From the IMG/VR virus record IMGVR_UViG_3300046777_001724, positions 1-60,892 of that record: a DNA stretch of 60,892 bases; one strand, given 5' to 3'. The notes below the pieces were generated by a model that was not told the DNA's origin, did no database searches, and worked only from the letters and a program-made list of their open reading frames with translations. Source of the stretch: a virus. Its lineage: Duplodnaviria > Caudoviricetes. The position numbers and the translations under genes were made by a program. Shown here in pieces: positions 38,991 through 48,860 of the stretch. How positions within the stretch are numbered: position 1 is the first letter of the stretch; every line of letters begins with the position of its first letter.

Positions 38991-39599
38991 ATGATTATTA
39001 AACTAGATGAACTTGAACATTATTGTTCTTCACCCGAAGAACAACTTAGAAATATACAACTTGCATTTGAACAAATTGTATCTTTGACTCCAGAAGATCC
39101 TACTTATAGACCAAGACTTGCTCTATTTGACTCTTCCAAAGAACTTCAAATTGCTATATCAGCTAAATCATACAAGGGCTTAACTGAATACAAATCTGCT
39201 ATTGCAGAAATGCTATATGCATTCTCTGCATTTCAAGCTCATGCTTGTATTCTTGTCCTTGACAGCCATGTAAAAGATAATGATAAAGTTATTGGCGAAT
39301 GCCTTAATCTTTATTTCATTTCATCTGAACAATGTCACATTGTCCAGTTGATGTACTCTATAAATAACACTGATGTTATTTGGCTAGATTCTGATCATCG
39401 CTTTTCTCAAATCGATCTTAAAGATCATTCTTCAGTTTCAAATGAAATGGTAGAAATGCTGTTTGTCTTCACTCACCTTGATGACTCCCCATTCAAATCA
39501 GCAGAGCTTCTATCATTTTATTCTCATGAAGGATATCAGTTCAGATCATTCAAAGAACTTGGAATCTCTTATGTTGATTTCATTTCAACCTCCCCCTAA
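38991..39599 (+). CDS. Hypothetical protein
   Basis: ORF track. Confidence 0.75.
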   Translation: MIIKLDELEHYCSSPEEQLRNIQLAFEQIVSLTPEDPTYRPRLALFDSSKELQIAISAKSYKGLTEYKSAIAEMLYAFSAFQAHACILVLDSHVKDNDKVIGECLNLYFISSEQCHIVQLMYSINNTDVIWLDSDHRFSQIDLKDHSSVSNEMVEMLFVFTHLDDSPFKSAELLSFYSHEGYQFRSFKELGISYVDFISTSP

Positions 39600-39608
39600 T
39601 GATATACT

Positions 39609-39803
39609 ATGAGTGATAAACTAAATAAAACAAAAATTAATTTTAAACCTGTTTTCTCAGATGTTTCTCTTAAAAAGAAATACTGTGAAATATCAGGACA
39701 GATTCTTACTGTTCAAGAAGAATGTGAAAACATTACCGATGAACAAATCCAAGATATGATGATTCAATCTTCATATTACGGATACACTGAATCTTACGCT
39801 TAA
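39609..39803 (+). CDS. Hypothetical protein
   Basis: ORF track. Confidence 0.55.
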   Translation: MSDKLNKTKINFKPVFSDVSLKKKYCEISGQILTVQEECENITDEQIQDMMIQSSYYGYTESYA

Positions 39804-39862
39804 ATTTCTTAAGTTTATAAAATAAATTTTCTATCATTAATTCAACAGTATAAGGAGTAAAC

Positions 39863-41542
39863 ATGTCTTTTTCTTTACGTTCATATCAACAAGAAGCTTT
39901 GTCTTCTGTTGTTGATAACTTAAATAAAGGCATCAACAAGCAACTTGTTGTACTTCCTACTGGTGCTGGTAAAACAGTAATATTCAGTAACCTTCCTAAC
40001 TACGTAGACTCTCCTCTTCCTATGCTAGTTCTAGCACATAGAGGAGAACTATTAACTCAAGCTAGGGAAAAGATTCTTTGGTCTAATCCACAACTTGATG
40101 TTCAAATAGAAAAAGCAGAACAACACGCAGACCTATGCGATGTTGTTGTAGCTTCAGTTCCTACATTAGGAAGAATTGAATCAGAACGAATCCTTAAATA
40201 TCCAAAAGATTATTTTAAAACAATAGTTATAGATGAGGCCCATCATGCTGCTGCTGCTTCTTATAGAAGAATTATTGATTACTTTAGTCCTGCTCTTCTT
40301 TTGGGGGTTACTGCTACTCCACAAAGATCAGACTCGGTAAGACTTACCGATGTCTTTCAAGAGATAGTATACTATAAAACAATTCAGGACCTTATTAAAG
40401 AAGGTTATCTATGCCGACTTGTTGGCTATAGAGTTAAAACAGATACAGATATCTCAGAAGTGGAGACTAATAATGGTGACTATGTTGCTTCGCAATTGGA
40501 AGAAGCTATCAATACTCCTGCTCGTAACGCCTCTGTCGTTGCTGCTTATTTACAAATTGCTTCCGAAAAGAAAGCAATCGTATTCGCCTCAGGTGTACAG
40601 CACGCAAACGACTTGGCCCTATCCTTTCAACAGAAGGTAACTACTGAAGTACTACTAGGAACTACATCTGAAGATGATCGTTTTGCGATACTTCAAAGAT
40701 TTAAATCTGGTCAGACTAAAGTACTTGTTAACGTAGGTGTTCTCACCGAAGGCTTTGACGAGCCTTCTGTAGAAGCTATCATATTAGCTAGACCAACTAG
40801 ATCATCTCTGCTTTATACGCAGATTGTTGGTCGAGGTACTAGATTATTCGAAGGAAAAGAACATTGTATAATTATCGATATTGCAGACACAACAAAAGGC
40901 AAGAAACCATTAGGTCTTCCTACTCTTCTTGGCCTTCCTGCAGATTTCGATTTACAAGGTAAGGACCTTATTGATACAGCTGAAGAATATAAGAAGCTAG
41001 AACAATTCTGCCCTGGCGAAGCTGTTCGTGTTCTCAATCCAGAAGACATAGAATTAGCATACAAACGTATCGATCTATTTATGCCTCCTCCACCAAATGA
41101 AATTGTTCTACAATATTCAGCATTTGTGTGGGCAGAAGTAGGAGAAAATGATTTCCATCTCGGCATTAACAATGGAGAATCTCTCCGTATTTATGTTGAT
41201 GCTCTAGGTAGATGGACTGTCGAACTAACTCAAGCTAACTCTTCATCTACACGTACCACAATACTTGGTCACGTAGATGATATGCGTGAAGCTTTTGTAA
41301 GGTCAGATCGATGGGTTATGAACAATCGTTCTTCATCAATGACTCTTATTGACAGCAATGCTGCCTGGAGATCTGATGGACCCACTGATGCTCAGAAAAA
41401 ACTTTTAAAGAGAATTGGCGTTCCAGTTACTTCTGATATGACAAAGGGTACCGCTTCTCAGATTATATCTAAATATTATGAAACCAATCCTCGTCCTAAA
41501 TGGTTAGAGAATAAGATTCAAAATAAGCGTAGCAATTGGTAA
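39863..41542 (+). CDS. SF2 DEAH helicase (ResIII/Irc3-like)
   Basis: LRSYQ, PTGAGKT, DEAHH, TATP, LTEGFD, QIVGRGTR. Confidence 0.93.
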   Translation: MSFSLRSYQQEALSSVVDNLNKGINKQLVVLPTGAGKTVIFSNLPNYVDSPLPMLVLAHRGELLTQAREKILWSNPQLDVQIEKAEQHADLCDVVVASVPTLGRIESERILKYPKDYFKTIVIDEAHHAAAASYRRIIDYFSPALLLGVTATPQRSDSVRLTDVFQEIVYYKTIQDLIKEGYLCRLVGYRVKTDTDISEVETNNGDYVASQLEEAINTPARNASVVAAYLQIASEKKAIVFASGVQHANDLALSFQQKVTTEVLLGTTSEDDRFAILQRFKSGQTKVLVNVGVLTEGFDEPSVEAIILARPTRSSLLYTQIVGRGTRLFEGKEHCIIIDIADTTKGKKPLGLPTLLGLPADFDLQGKDLIDTAEEYKKLEQFCPGEAVRVLNPEDIELAYKRIDLFMPPPPNEIVLQYSAFVWAEVGENDFHLGINNGESLRIYVDALGRWTVELTQANSSSTRTTILGHVDDMREAFVRSDRWVMNNRSSSMTLIDSNAAWRSDGPTDAQKKLLKRIGVPVTSDMTKGTASQIISKYYETNPRPKWLENKIQNKRSNW

Positions 41543-41546
41543 TCTA

Positions 41547-42017
41547 ATGTATAATGATTCAATGAATGCTTCATATTATACTAGGTCAGTTAATGAACCT
41601 TATCTAGACTATGACTTCATAGATGCTCCTGTATCTAAGAATGAAATATCATTTCTTTCTGCAGCTGCTAAAATTGCTGCTACTTCTCCCAATCGATTTA
41701 GAATGGGAGCTATGGTGGTCAAATCTGGAAGAGTCTTGGGTGGTGCTGTTAACCTAACTAAAAAATCACCCAGTACTCCTCCTAATAGATTTTCCACTCA
41801 TGCAGAAATCTCAGCTATGCGTCTTGCATCCGATACTACAGGATCTACTTTATATATAGCTAGACTAGATAAATATGAAAACACTGTGCTTGCAAAACCT
41901 TGCGCATGGTGTATTCAAAAGATATTACAAGCTAATGTTTATAGAGTTGTCTTTACAACCAATGAAGCTCCTATGAGCTTCTATACCGATATGGTTACTT
42001 GGGTTGACAATGTTTAA
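41547..42017 (+). CDS. Zinc-dependent cytidine/dCMP deaminase family protein
   Basis: HAE...KPCAWC. Confidence 0.88.
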   Translation: MYNDSMNASYYTRSVNEPYLDYDFIDAPVSKNEISFLSAAAKIAATSPNRFRMGAMVVKSGRVLGGAVNLTKKSPSTPPNRFSTHAEISAMRLASDTTGSTLYIARLDKYENTVLAKPCAWCIQKILQANVYRVVFTTNEAPMSFYTDMVTWVDNV

Positions 42018-42474
42018 ACAAATAGATAAATATTCTATATCTCACCCACTTATTACTCCAGAATTTTTTATTCCAGAACTTACTTCTACTCATAAAGTAA
42101 AGTCACTTGCTATCTATGACAATAAATCTTTGTCTCCAGATATACTTTATGATAAGCCTATTAATGCTATTGATTACGTTATAGGTTCAAATAATTTTTT
42201 TAATGCTCTTATACTTCATCCTAATTATCATATGTACATTAATGATTATCCTTCTGTATCTAACTTACCAGCTAACTTATTGGCCACACAGTTATACAGA
42301 ATGTCATTATTAAGTAGCTTAGGAATTACAAGTTATCGTATAATATACGGACCTGTTATTTTGTTCGGTTCTGTTTCTGCTTATACTAAGCAAAACGATG
42401 GTGAAGATTACTCTGTACCATATGAACTTATAGAACAAGTAATTAGATTATATAAGGTTTTTAATGAACATTAA
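42010..42474 (+). CDS. Hypothetical protein
   Basis: ORF track; NLLAT..IYGPVILFG pattern. Confidence 0.65.
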   Translation: MFKQIDKYSISHPLITPEFFIPELTSTHKVKSLAIYDNKSLSPDILYDKPINAIDYVIGSNNFFNALILHPNYHMYINDYPSVSNLPANLLATQLYRMSLLSSLGITSYRIIYGPVILFGSVSAYTKQNDGEDYSVPYELIEQVIRLYKVFNEH

Positions 42475-42631
42475 TATTCCACAACCTCTTACTTGTAAAG
42501 ACTGTGGAATTAAATCTTTGCAAGTAAGTAAAAACAAATTATATAAAGTCAATTTATGTGTCCCTTGTTTTGTCCAAAGACAAATTCAAAATAAAGGGTA
42601 AGGCAAAAAACTTTTATTGAAAGGACAAATT

Positions 42632-42856
42632 ATGTCTATCAACATTATTGTTGGTTCTGACGAAGAAGACATTTCCAAAATTAAAACAACTATTAATATT
42701 TTAAACTTTATTAACAAGATCATTACAGACGACAATGTCGTTATTGCTCTTCATAAGTTTGATATTGATAAGGGTACTGTCGATGAATTAATTGATTGGT
42801 ATTCTAGTATGGATCACATTCTTACCAATCCATCATTTGCAGTAGAGACTGTATAA
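42632..42856 (+). CDS. Hypothetical protein
   Basis: AAAGGA SD before ATG 42632. Confidence 0.7.
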   Translation: MSINIIVGSDEEDISKIKTTINILNFINKIITDDNVVIALHKFDIDKGTVDELIDWYSSMDHILTNPSFAVETV

Positions 42857-42862
42857 TCATCT

Positions 42863-42948
42863 GCCCGAGTGGCGGAATGGCAGACGCAGGGGGCTTAAAC
42901 CCCCCGGAGGGCAACCTCTTACCGGTTCAAGTCCGGTCTCGGGTACCA
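42863..42948 (+). tRNA. tRNA-Leu(TAA), CCA encoded
   Basis: Type II cloverleaf; anticodon loop CTTAAAC. Confidence 0.93.
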
Positions 42949-42994
42949 TTATTTATGGTATAATATAATCTAAACTAATCACAAAGGAAACATT

Positions 42995-43459
42995 ATGAAC
43001 GACGTACTATTTGATCCACCATCACCAACACCGCAACCTAAGAAGAACTTTGAAATTAATCCTAAGTTTGCACTCGCATTCTTCTTTGCTGCAATCGCAA
43101 TTCTTATTGTGGTATTGGCTATTCCTGGGGATAAAAAAGAAACAGTTACAACTACTCCAGCTCCAGTTCAAACTTATGCACCTGCTCCTGCAGTTAATAA
43201 GTATGACTCATATTTGGAGCACGTATATAATAACTCAGGTCAAGCTAACACCATGACAAAAGCTAAGCTTATTGAATATGGCGACATTATTTGCGAAGCA
43301 TTAGATAATGGCCGAAGCATTGCTTGGATTACTAGCTACCTTTCAACTTATTCCGAAGGTCAGTCAGATGTAGAGCTTTATGCCTCTATCATCTATGGCT
43401 CAATCACATACATCTGTGATGAGTATAAAGGTGATCTTAACCTTTATCTTAATAACTAA
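42995..43459 (+). CDS. Membrane-anchored DUF732-like protein
   Basis: TM helix, Pro/Thr linker, LIEYGDIICEALDNG...YIC. Confidence 0.6.
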   Translation: MNDVLFDPPSPTPQPKKNFEINPKFALAFFFAAIAILIVVLAIPGDKKETVTTTPAPVQTYAPAPAVNKYDSYLEHVYNNSGQANTMTKAKLIEYGDIICEALDNGRSIAWITSYLSTYSEGQSDVELYASIIYGSITYICDEYKGDLNLYLNN

Positions 43460-43461
43460 TT

Positions 43462-43698
43462 ATGAAAAGAAAATTTAAAGCTTTTCTTCAAGGCTTTGAC
43501 TATGGAGTAAAGCACTATCTCACTATAGAAGATCGTCATTTTCATTCATATCCAGACGCTAACTGGCATGAAAAAGACATCAATAAGATTTATCGTAAAG
43601 GCATTTATGCTGCTCGCAGATACATGCATTATCGATATGAAATATTGACTCTTACTGTTTTAATCTTTACATCTCTACTATTCATGTTTACTTGGTAA
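43462..43698 (+). CDS. Hypothetical protein with C-terminal TM
   Basis: ORF track. Confidence 0.65.
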   Translation: MKRKFKAFLQGFDYGVKHYLTIEDRHFHSYPDANWHEKDINKIYRKGIYAARRYMHYRYEILTLTVLIFTSLLFMFTW

Positions 43699-43700
43699 TT

Positions 43701-43961
43701 ATGCCCACTGTTCATAACAAATATAAATCTACTGCTCCCGCAGATGCCGTATATATTGGCAGACCTACTAAATGGGGTAACCCATTTGTAATAGGAACTC
43801 ATGGCACTCGGGAACAAGTAGTTCAAAAGTATAGAGATTATATTTTATCTAATCAATCTCTTCTATCTCAAATAGAAGAACTCCGTGGCAAAGACGTTGT
43901 ATGCTTTTGTGCGCCGCAACAATGCCATGGAGATATTTTAATTGAATTAGCTAATCAATAA
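43701..43961 (+). CDS. DUF4326 family protein
   Basis: VYIGRPTKWGNPF...LRGK.VVCFCAPQQCHGD. Confidence 0.85.
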   Translation: MPTVHNKYKSTAPADAVYIGRPTKWGNPFVIGTHGTREQVVQKYRDYILSNQSLLSQIEELRGKDVVCFCAPQQCHGDILIELANQ

Positions 43962-43966
43962 ATCTT

Positions 43967-44039
43967 TCCCAGATAGCTCAGTTGGCAGAGCTACGGACTG
44001 TTAATCCGTTGGTCGTAGGTTCGAGCCCTACTCTGGGAG
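43967..44039 (+). tRNA. tRNA-Asn(GTT)
   Basis: Canonical cloverleaf; anticodon loop CTGTTAA. Confidence 0.93.
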
Positions 44040-44041
44040 CT

Positions 44042-44245
44042 ATGGCTAAAATTAATATGGATCATCTAATTGGTAGAAAGGTTCAACTTATTTATACCAA
44101 TGATGAATATACTAAGCTTGTTCCTGGAGATACAGGTACCGTATCTCTTATAGATGATACCGGTACAGTATTCGTTAACTGGGATAATGGATCTAGATTA
44201 GGTCTTATTCCCGGTGTTGATAAATGGAGATACCTTTTTGATTAA
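44042..44245 (+). CDS. DUF4314 family protein
   Basis: GTVSLIDDTGTVFVNWDNGSRLGLIPGVD. Confidence 0.8.
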   Translation: MAKINMDHLIGRKVQLIYTNDEYTKLVPGDTGTVSLIDDTGTVFVNWDNGSRLGLIPGVDKWRYLFD

Positions 44246-45683
44246 GCGTATTATAATATTATTTTCTATTATTACCTCTACTCTTGTTTATTCAGATAAT
44301 GCAATAGCATTACAATATACTATTGATGTACAGCCCGCTACCACTAGAGTTAAATATAAATTTACTCTTACCAATACTGACACTAGAATTGGTGTATCAA
44401 TACCTTATAACAATAACTATCAAGGTCAAGATTCTTACGTTGTAGTTATTGATACTGGAGTTCAAGTTGATCACCCATTTCTTCAGGGTAGAGTAGCTTT
44501 AGAAGCTTGCTTTGCTACCAGTTGCCCCAATAGACAATCCAGTATGGTTGGTCCTGGTGCAGCTGCCCCTGTTCATTGGCATGGTACTCATGTTGCTGGA
44601 ATCATAGCCGGAAGCAATTCATCTATGCATGGTGTTGCCCCTAAGGCAAATATCATTGCAGTCAATGTCTTTGATCCAGATGGTGCTTCCTATGATGACT
44701 CTATCATTAGGGCTCTTCAATGGGTAAGCTCTATAGCTTCATCTTATAATATTGCAGCAGTAAATATGTCTCTTGGTTCTCAGATGGTATTTACTTCTAG
44801 CTGCAATTCCTTTATTCCAGAGATGACATCTATTATTGCTGAACTCAAAACTAAAGATATTGCTACAGTCGTTTCCGCAGGAAACGGTTACTCTTATGGA
44901 ATGAGCAGTCCTGCTTGTATTACCGATACAGTTAGCGTAGCTGCTACTTATTACTTTGCAGATGAAGTCACTCCATTTTCTAATGTTAGTGAACTTACAA
45001 CTTTATCTGCTCCTGGTTATGTAGTCAGCTCATCTGCTACAGGATCTACTTACAGAACTGCTTCAGGAACATCTATGTCTGCTCCAACTGTAGCTGGTTC
45101 TTTTGCTGTATACAGATCTAAGTTTGGTAGGCAATCTGTTAATTCTGTTGTCTCTAACTTTAGATCTACTGCTGTAAATGCTATTGATAAATCTACCAAT
45201 ATCAATACTAAAAGAATTGATTTAAGATCTTTATTTACTACAGATCAGACAACAACAACCACCACCACCACTACATCCACTACTACAACTACTACTACCA
45301 CTCTCCCTATTATTACAACAACAACAATTCCAACTACTACTTCTACTACATCAACTTCTACTACTACAACTACCATAGATGAAGATGATGATTATCCAGA
45401 AGATACTTTAAATATTCCCTACATTGTTTCTTTGAAGAAACATAATTCAACTCATGTATATATATCTTTTGTATATAGACATAACTCTTTACCTGTAAAT
45501 AGATATTCTTTACAGTGCAGTTATACTAACAATACTTCTGTAACTAAAATTATTTTTAATGCTCAGAATGATTATAATAAATTTTACATTAGATTAAATA
45601 ACAATAGACTGAGTAAATGCAGAATAGCAGCTATTTCAATGAATACTGTAGGAATATACTCTAAATATCTTAAGGTTAGGTAA
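44238..45683 (+). CDS. Secreted subtilisin-like (S8) serine protease with Thr-rich linker
   Basis: IDTG, HGTHVAG, SAGN, GTSMSAP; signal peptide; poly-Thr linker; likely TTG start at 44238. Confidence 0.92.
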   Translation: MIKRIIILFSIITSTLVYSDNAIALQYTIDVQPATTRVKYKFTLTNTDTRIGVSIPYNNNYQGQDSYVVVIDTGVQVDHPFLQGRVALEACFATSCPNRQSSMVGPGAAAPVHWHGTHVAGIIAGSNSSMHGVAPKANIIAVNVFDPDGASYDDSIIRALQWVSSIASSYNIAAVNMSLGSQMVFTSSCNSFIPEMTSIIAELKTKDIATVVSAGNGYSYGMSSPACITDTVSVAATYYFADEVTPFSNVSELTTLSAPGYVVSSSATGSTYRTASGTSMSAPTVAGSFAVYRSKFGRQSVNSVVSNFRSTAVNAIDKSTNINTKRIDLRSLFTTDQTTTTTTTTTSTTTTTTTTLPIITTTTIPTTTSTTSTSTTTTTIDEDDDYPEDTLNIPYIVSLKKHNSTHVYISFVYRHNSLPVNRYSLQCSYTNNTSVTKIIFNAQNDYNKFYIRLNNNRLSKCRIAAISMNTVGIYSKYLKVR

Positions 45684-45688
45684 TAACG

Positions 45689-45928
45689 ATGGATTCACCT
45701 CTTCACTCTAATCATAAGCTTGATATAATTGCGCATACTCTTACTCGCTCTGGCATAACTATTTGGAAGGGTATTCCTGAACAGATTGTTAAAGATCTCC
45801 ACACTGCAGGATATAAGATTAAAAAGCGTAAGGGTTTTAAACACGTTGCTCAACAATTAGATCCTCGCAGAGTTCCTAAAGCTAAGCTAGAATCACAACA
45901 CGAAAAGAATGACGAGATTTATTTATAA
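45689..45928 (+). CDS. Hypothetical protein
   Basis: ORF track. Confidence 0.65.
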   Translation: MDSPLHSNHKLDIIAHTLTRSGITIWKGIPEQIVKDLHTAGYKIKKRKGFKHVAQQLDPRRVPKAKLESQHEKNDEIYL

Positions 45929-46147
45929 TGTTAATATATGTAATTACAGCTATCGGTGCACTATGGGGTATACTCACCCTTATTGGTATTCGTGAAGAAG
46001 ACAAAGAGATTCAGGAATTACTTGAATCTGCACGTAATGCAACTCGTAAATCACACGGATCTGAATAATATGGAAATGTTTTTTATTATTATTGCTGCTT
46101 TTGGAACTTACACTTTATGTGAATGGATTAAAACCAAATAACAATAA

Positions 46148-46220
46148 GCGCCTTTAGCTCAGTTGGTAGAGCAGTAGACTTTTAATCTATTGGTCCCGGG
46201 TTCGAGCCCCGGAGGGCGTA
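46148..46220 (+). tRNA. tRNA-Lys(TTT)
   Basis: Canonical cloverleaf; anticodon loop CTTTTAA. Confidence 0.93.
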
Positions 46221-46222
46221 CT

Positions 46223-46429
46223 ATGACAACATATAATGTTACAGTAGCTATTGGTAAAACTTACATTTCAGAATCAATTACTGTTGATACAGATCTTTCT
46301 CCAGAAGACGAAATCAACTTTGCTGAAAATTCTCTTTTAGATAAATGGACTGATTTATTTAAATGCGATATTGTCGAACTCGCAGATGAAGTAACTTCTT
46401 TCACCGTTAAGGATACCGATGAACAATGA
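46223..46429 (+). CDS. Acidic hypothetical protein
   Basis: ATG 2 nt after the tRNA. Confidence 0.65.
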   Translation: MTTYNVTVAIGKTYISESITVDTDLSPEDEINFAENSLLDKWTDLFKCDIVELADEVTSFTVKDTDEQ

Positions 46430-46697
46430 ACTAAACACAATCAATGAACTCCATATTGGAGATATCGTTGGAACAACCAATCGTATGGTTATTGCGTTAA
46501 CTAAAAGATCTGAAAGAATCCCTGGAGATTCATACGCTACTTGGGTAGCTATTTGTTATAAAGATCAAGAGCGTGACCCATACGTAGTATGGACTGTTAT
46601 TGCTCGTCCTGAAGGTTTTGCAGCTGAGAATGGAGACTATTGCTCTACATTCCAACAAGCAGTTACTATGTATAAAAAACGTGGAGGAGAAGCATAA
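46419..46697 (+). CDS. Hypothetical phage protein
   Basis: AAGGA SD; PYVVW..GDY pattern. Confidence 0.7.
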   Translation: MNNELNTINELHIGDIVGTTNRMVIALTKRSERIPGDSYATWVAICYKDQERDPYVVWTVIARPEGFAAENGDYCSTFQQAVTMYKKRGGEA

Positions 46698-46850
46698 TGT
46701 CATTAGATCCTAAATCAAATGCCGTTCAACTTGTAGATAAAGCAATCAAAGATATCTCTGGTCAACAGTTAGTTTCAACTAGTGAAATGACTGATTTACT
46801 TTTAGATATTCGTCTTTACCTTTTAACTATTGAAGAGTCAACTCCTTCAT

Positions 46851-47060
46851 ATGAAAGCTAAGCTTTTATTGGAAGTAGTAGTTGATATTCAAGAAGGTTT
46901 ATCTAAACCTGATTCTATAAAGATAATTACTCAGGACTTACATGATCGTCTACATACGAACGGTTATGACCCACTTAATACAATTCAATATGATGACTGT
47001 TTCATAAGACTATATGTTCCTAATTCATCTTATATTAAACACAACGAGGATAATTCTTAA
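46851..47060 (+). CDS. Hypothetical protein
   Basis: ORF track. Confidence 0.55.
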   Translation: MKAKLLLEVVVDIQEGLSKPDSIKIITQDLHDRLHTNGYDPLNTIQYDDCFIRLYVPNSSYIKHNEDNS

Positions 47061-47062
47061 TT

Positions 47063-47263
47063 ATGAAAGTAAAAATTATTACAGAGATTGAAGCTTCCAT
47101 TCCTGGAGAGTTTCAAAACGACGCAGAAGCTGTTGCTTTATTGCGGGATGAATTGAATGAACTATTAGATATTGGCGCTGAATACGATAAGTATGATCAG
47201 CCAACTGTAATGTTTACAACATTAAACATTACTCAGTACATTCCCGGAGCAGGAAAGTTATAA
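47063..47263 (+). CDS. Hypothetical protein
   Basis: ORF track. Confidence 0.6.
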   Translation: MKVKIITEIEASIPGEFQNDAEAVALLRDELNELLDIGAEYDKYDQPTVMFTTLNITQYIPGAGKL

Positions 47264-47265
47264 CT

Positions 47266-47751
47266 ATGATTAATCCAGATTATGGCGTATCTTACACCGC
47301 TGTACAAGATACTCAAACTGTTTTAAAAGCAGAAGAGTATGCACAAAAATTCTTAACTCAACACATTTCTGACCCTAATTATACTCATGAACTTTCTGCT
47401 GCACAACTTTGGGCAGTTAAAAAAGATGATACTTTTCATTTTCTAACTGCGCATCCAGATGTTTATGACCTTTTAGAAACTAACTTTGATCTTTCTCCAT
47501 ATAACGGAGTCATTATCCATACTACTGGATGGGCTGCTCCTCTTGATGAAAATGGAGAACCAGAAGGTGCACCAAGTAAGCACTCTCTACGTCGTAGAGT
47601 TGCACTTGCTGCCTGCGTCACTTCTTCTTCAGTCGGTAGTGCTCTGTCATTTGCAGATGATTCAGAAATGATTCTAGACCCTGGCTCTGCTACTGGCTCA
47701 CTTGCTGAAGCCCTTTTAGGCTTTTGGGAAAAGAACTCTTTAGGACTTTAA
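47266..47751 (+). CDS. Hypothetical protein
   Basis: TTGWAAP...PSKH..RRRV motif. Confidence 0.75.
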   Translation: MINPDYGVSYTAVQDTQTVLKAEEYAQKFLTQHISDPNYTHELSAAQLWAVKKDDTFHFLTAHPDVYDLLETNFDLSPYNGVIIHTTGWAAPLDENGEPEGAPSKHSLRRRVALAACVTSSSVGSALSFADDSEMILDPGSATGSLAEALLGFWEKNSLGL

Positions 47752-47795
47752 TTAAAATTATTGATTAATGTTTTACTGAGATAAACAATCAGTAC

Positions 47796-47950
47796 GGGAG
47801 TTAACAGTCCCCTATAAGCGTGTTACCAATCTATCTGTCCCAGACCAGATAGGCGCAACTGTTAATTCTAAATACTGGGAGTTGACAGTCCCCATAAGCA
47901 AACATAACCGAGGTGTGACACGGCAAATGACGCACCATTTGCAACTGTTA
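47796..47950 (+). ncRNA. Two tandem pseudoknot-type RNA motifs upstream of the tRNA
   Basis: GGGAGTTRACAGTCCCC..ATAAGC...GCAACTGTTA occurs twice. Confidence 0.55.
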
Positions 47951-47953
47951 TAC

Positions 47954-48027
47954 GGGCCTATAGCTCAGCTGGTTAGAGCATCGGACTCATAATCCGCCGG
48001 TCGCAGGTTCAAGTCCTGCTGGGCCCA
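47954..48027 (+). tRNA. tRNA with CAT anticodon, probably Ile2 (lysidine)
   Basis: Canonical cloverleaf; G1:C72 paired, so not an initiator; C4:G69 and C5:G68 as in TilS substrates. Confidence 0.85.
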
Positions 48028-48029
48028 CT

Positions 48030-48188
48030 ATGATTAACTTATTATTTGATATTCTATATTTGTTTTATATTGCTATAACTCAATCTGCTTTTATGCAGGT
48101 CTTCACTATTTTAGTTTTTTATATCTTATCTAAATTTTATTATACTCCTAGAAAGAATTGGTATTACCCAGAGGATAACGATGCCTAG
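48030..48188 (+). CDS. Small membrane protein (52 aa)
   Basis: ATG 2 nt after the tRNA; hydrophobic. Confidence 0.55.
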   Translation: MINLLFDILYLFYIAITQSAFMQVFTILVFYILSKFYYTPRKNWYYPEDNDA

Positions 48189-48369
48189 ATATAATTTAAA
48201 TCATCAAGATGTAGAAACCTTGGTTTCTGGATTATTTCATCTTTCTTTAAATGCTGAATCAACTAAAGAACACACTAGAATTACCAATCTTAGAGATAGG
48301 CTTTTAAATAAATTAAACTCTGAAGACTCCAACCCAGATGATCTTGACGTTTGGGATGCTTTTAAGTAG
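48181..48369 (+). CDS. Hypothetical protein
   Basis: GAGGA SD. Confidence 0.65.
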   Translation: MPRYNLNHQDVETLVSGLFHLSLNAESTKEHTRITNLRDRLLNKLNSEDSNPDDLDVWDAFK

Positions 48370-48378
48370 GAAGCAAAA

Positions 48379-48630
48379 ATGCCATATATTAAACCAGAAC
48401 TCCGTTCTTCTATACTCTTAGACCCTGAATCTATATCTAATGCCGGCGAACTCAACTATTACATTAGCACTCTTGTAAATCATTTCATTAATGAAAAAGG
48501 TAAATCTTACGCTGTTGTTAATGAAGTAATTGGTGCATTAGAATGTGCTAAATTAGAATTGTATCGTCGCATTATTGCACCATATGAAGATATTAAAATA
48601 CAAGAAAACGGAGACGTTTACTCAGTATGA
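48379..48630 (+). CDS. Conserved phage protein ([23 protein letters not shown] type)
   Basis: Recognisable phage motif. Confidence 0.8.
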   Translation: MPYIKPELRSSILLDPESISNAGELNYYISTLVNHFINEKGKSYAVVNEVIGALECAKLELYRRIIAPYEDIKIQENGDVYSV

Positions 48631-48851
48631 CTACAGCTGGAGTTAGAAAGCAGCCTGGTGTTGTTAACATTCAGGCACTTCAGGGATATGATCATCCCGC
48701 TAAACTTGAACGTATTGTAAGAAAACAAAAATTAGTACCTGTAAGATTTTGTTCCCATCAGGATTGTGCAGTTAAGTTATCTGTTTATAATACAGGCACT
48801 TACTGCTCACAACACGAAAGAGGAACAATTCCTACTGTTAAACTTATCTAA
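48627..48851 (+). CDS. Small Zn-finger protein
   Basis: CSHQDC..LSVYN...CSQH. Confidence 0.7.
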   Translation: MTTAGVRKQPGVVNIQALQGYDHPAKLERIVRKQKLVPVRFCSHQDCAVKLSVYNTGTYCSQHERGTIPTVKLI

Positions 48852-48860
48852 GGATTTATT

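Noticed and set aside
45245-45375. ACN tandem repeat as a VNTR or regulatory repeat
   Set aside because: Explained by the poly-Thr linker of the protease.
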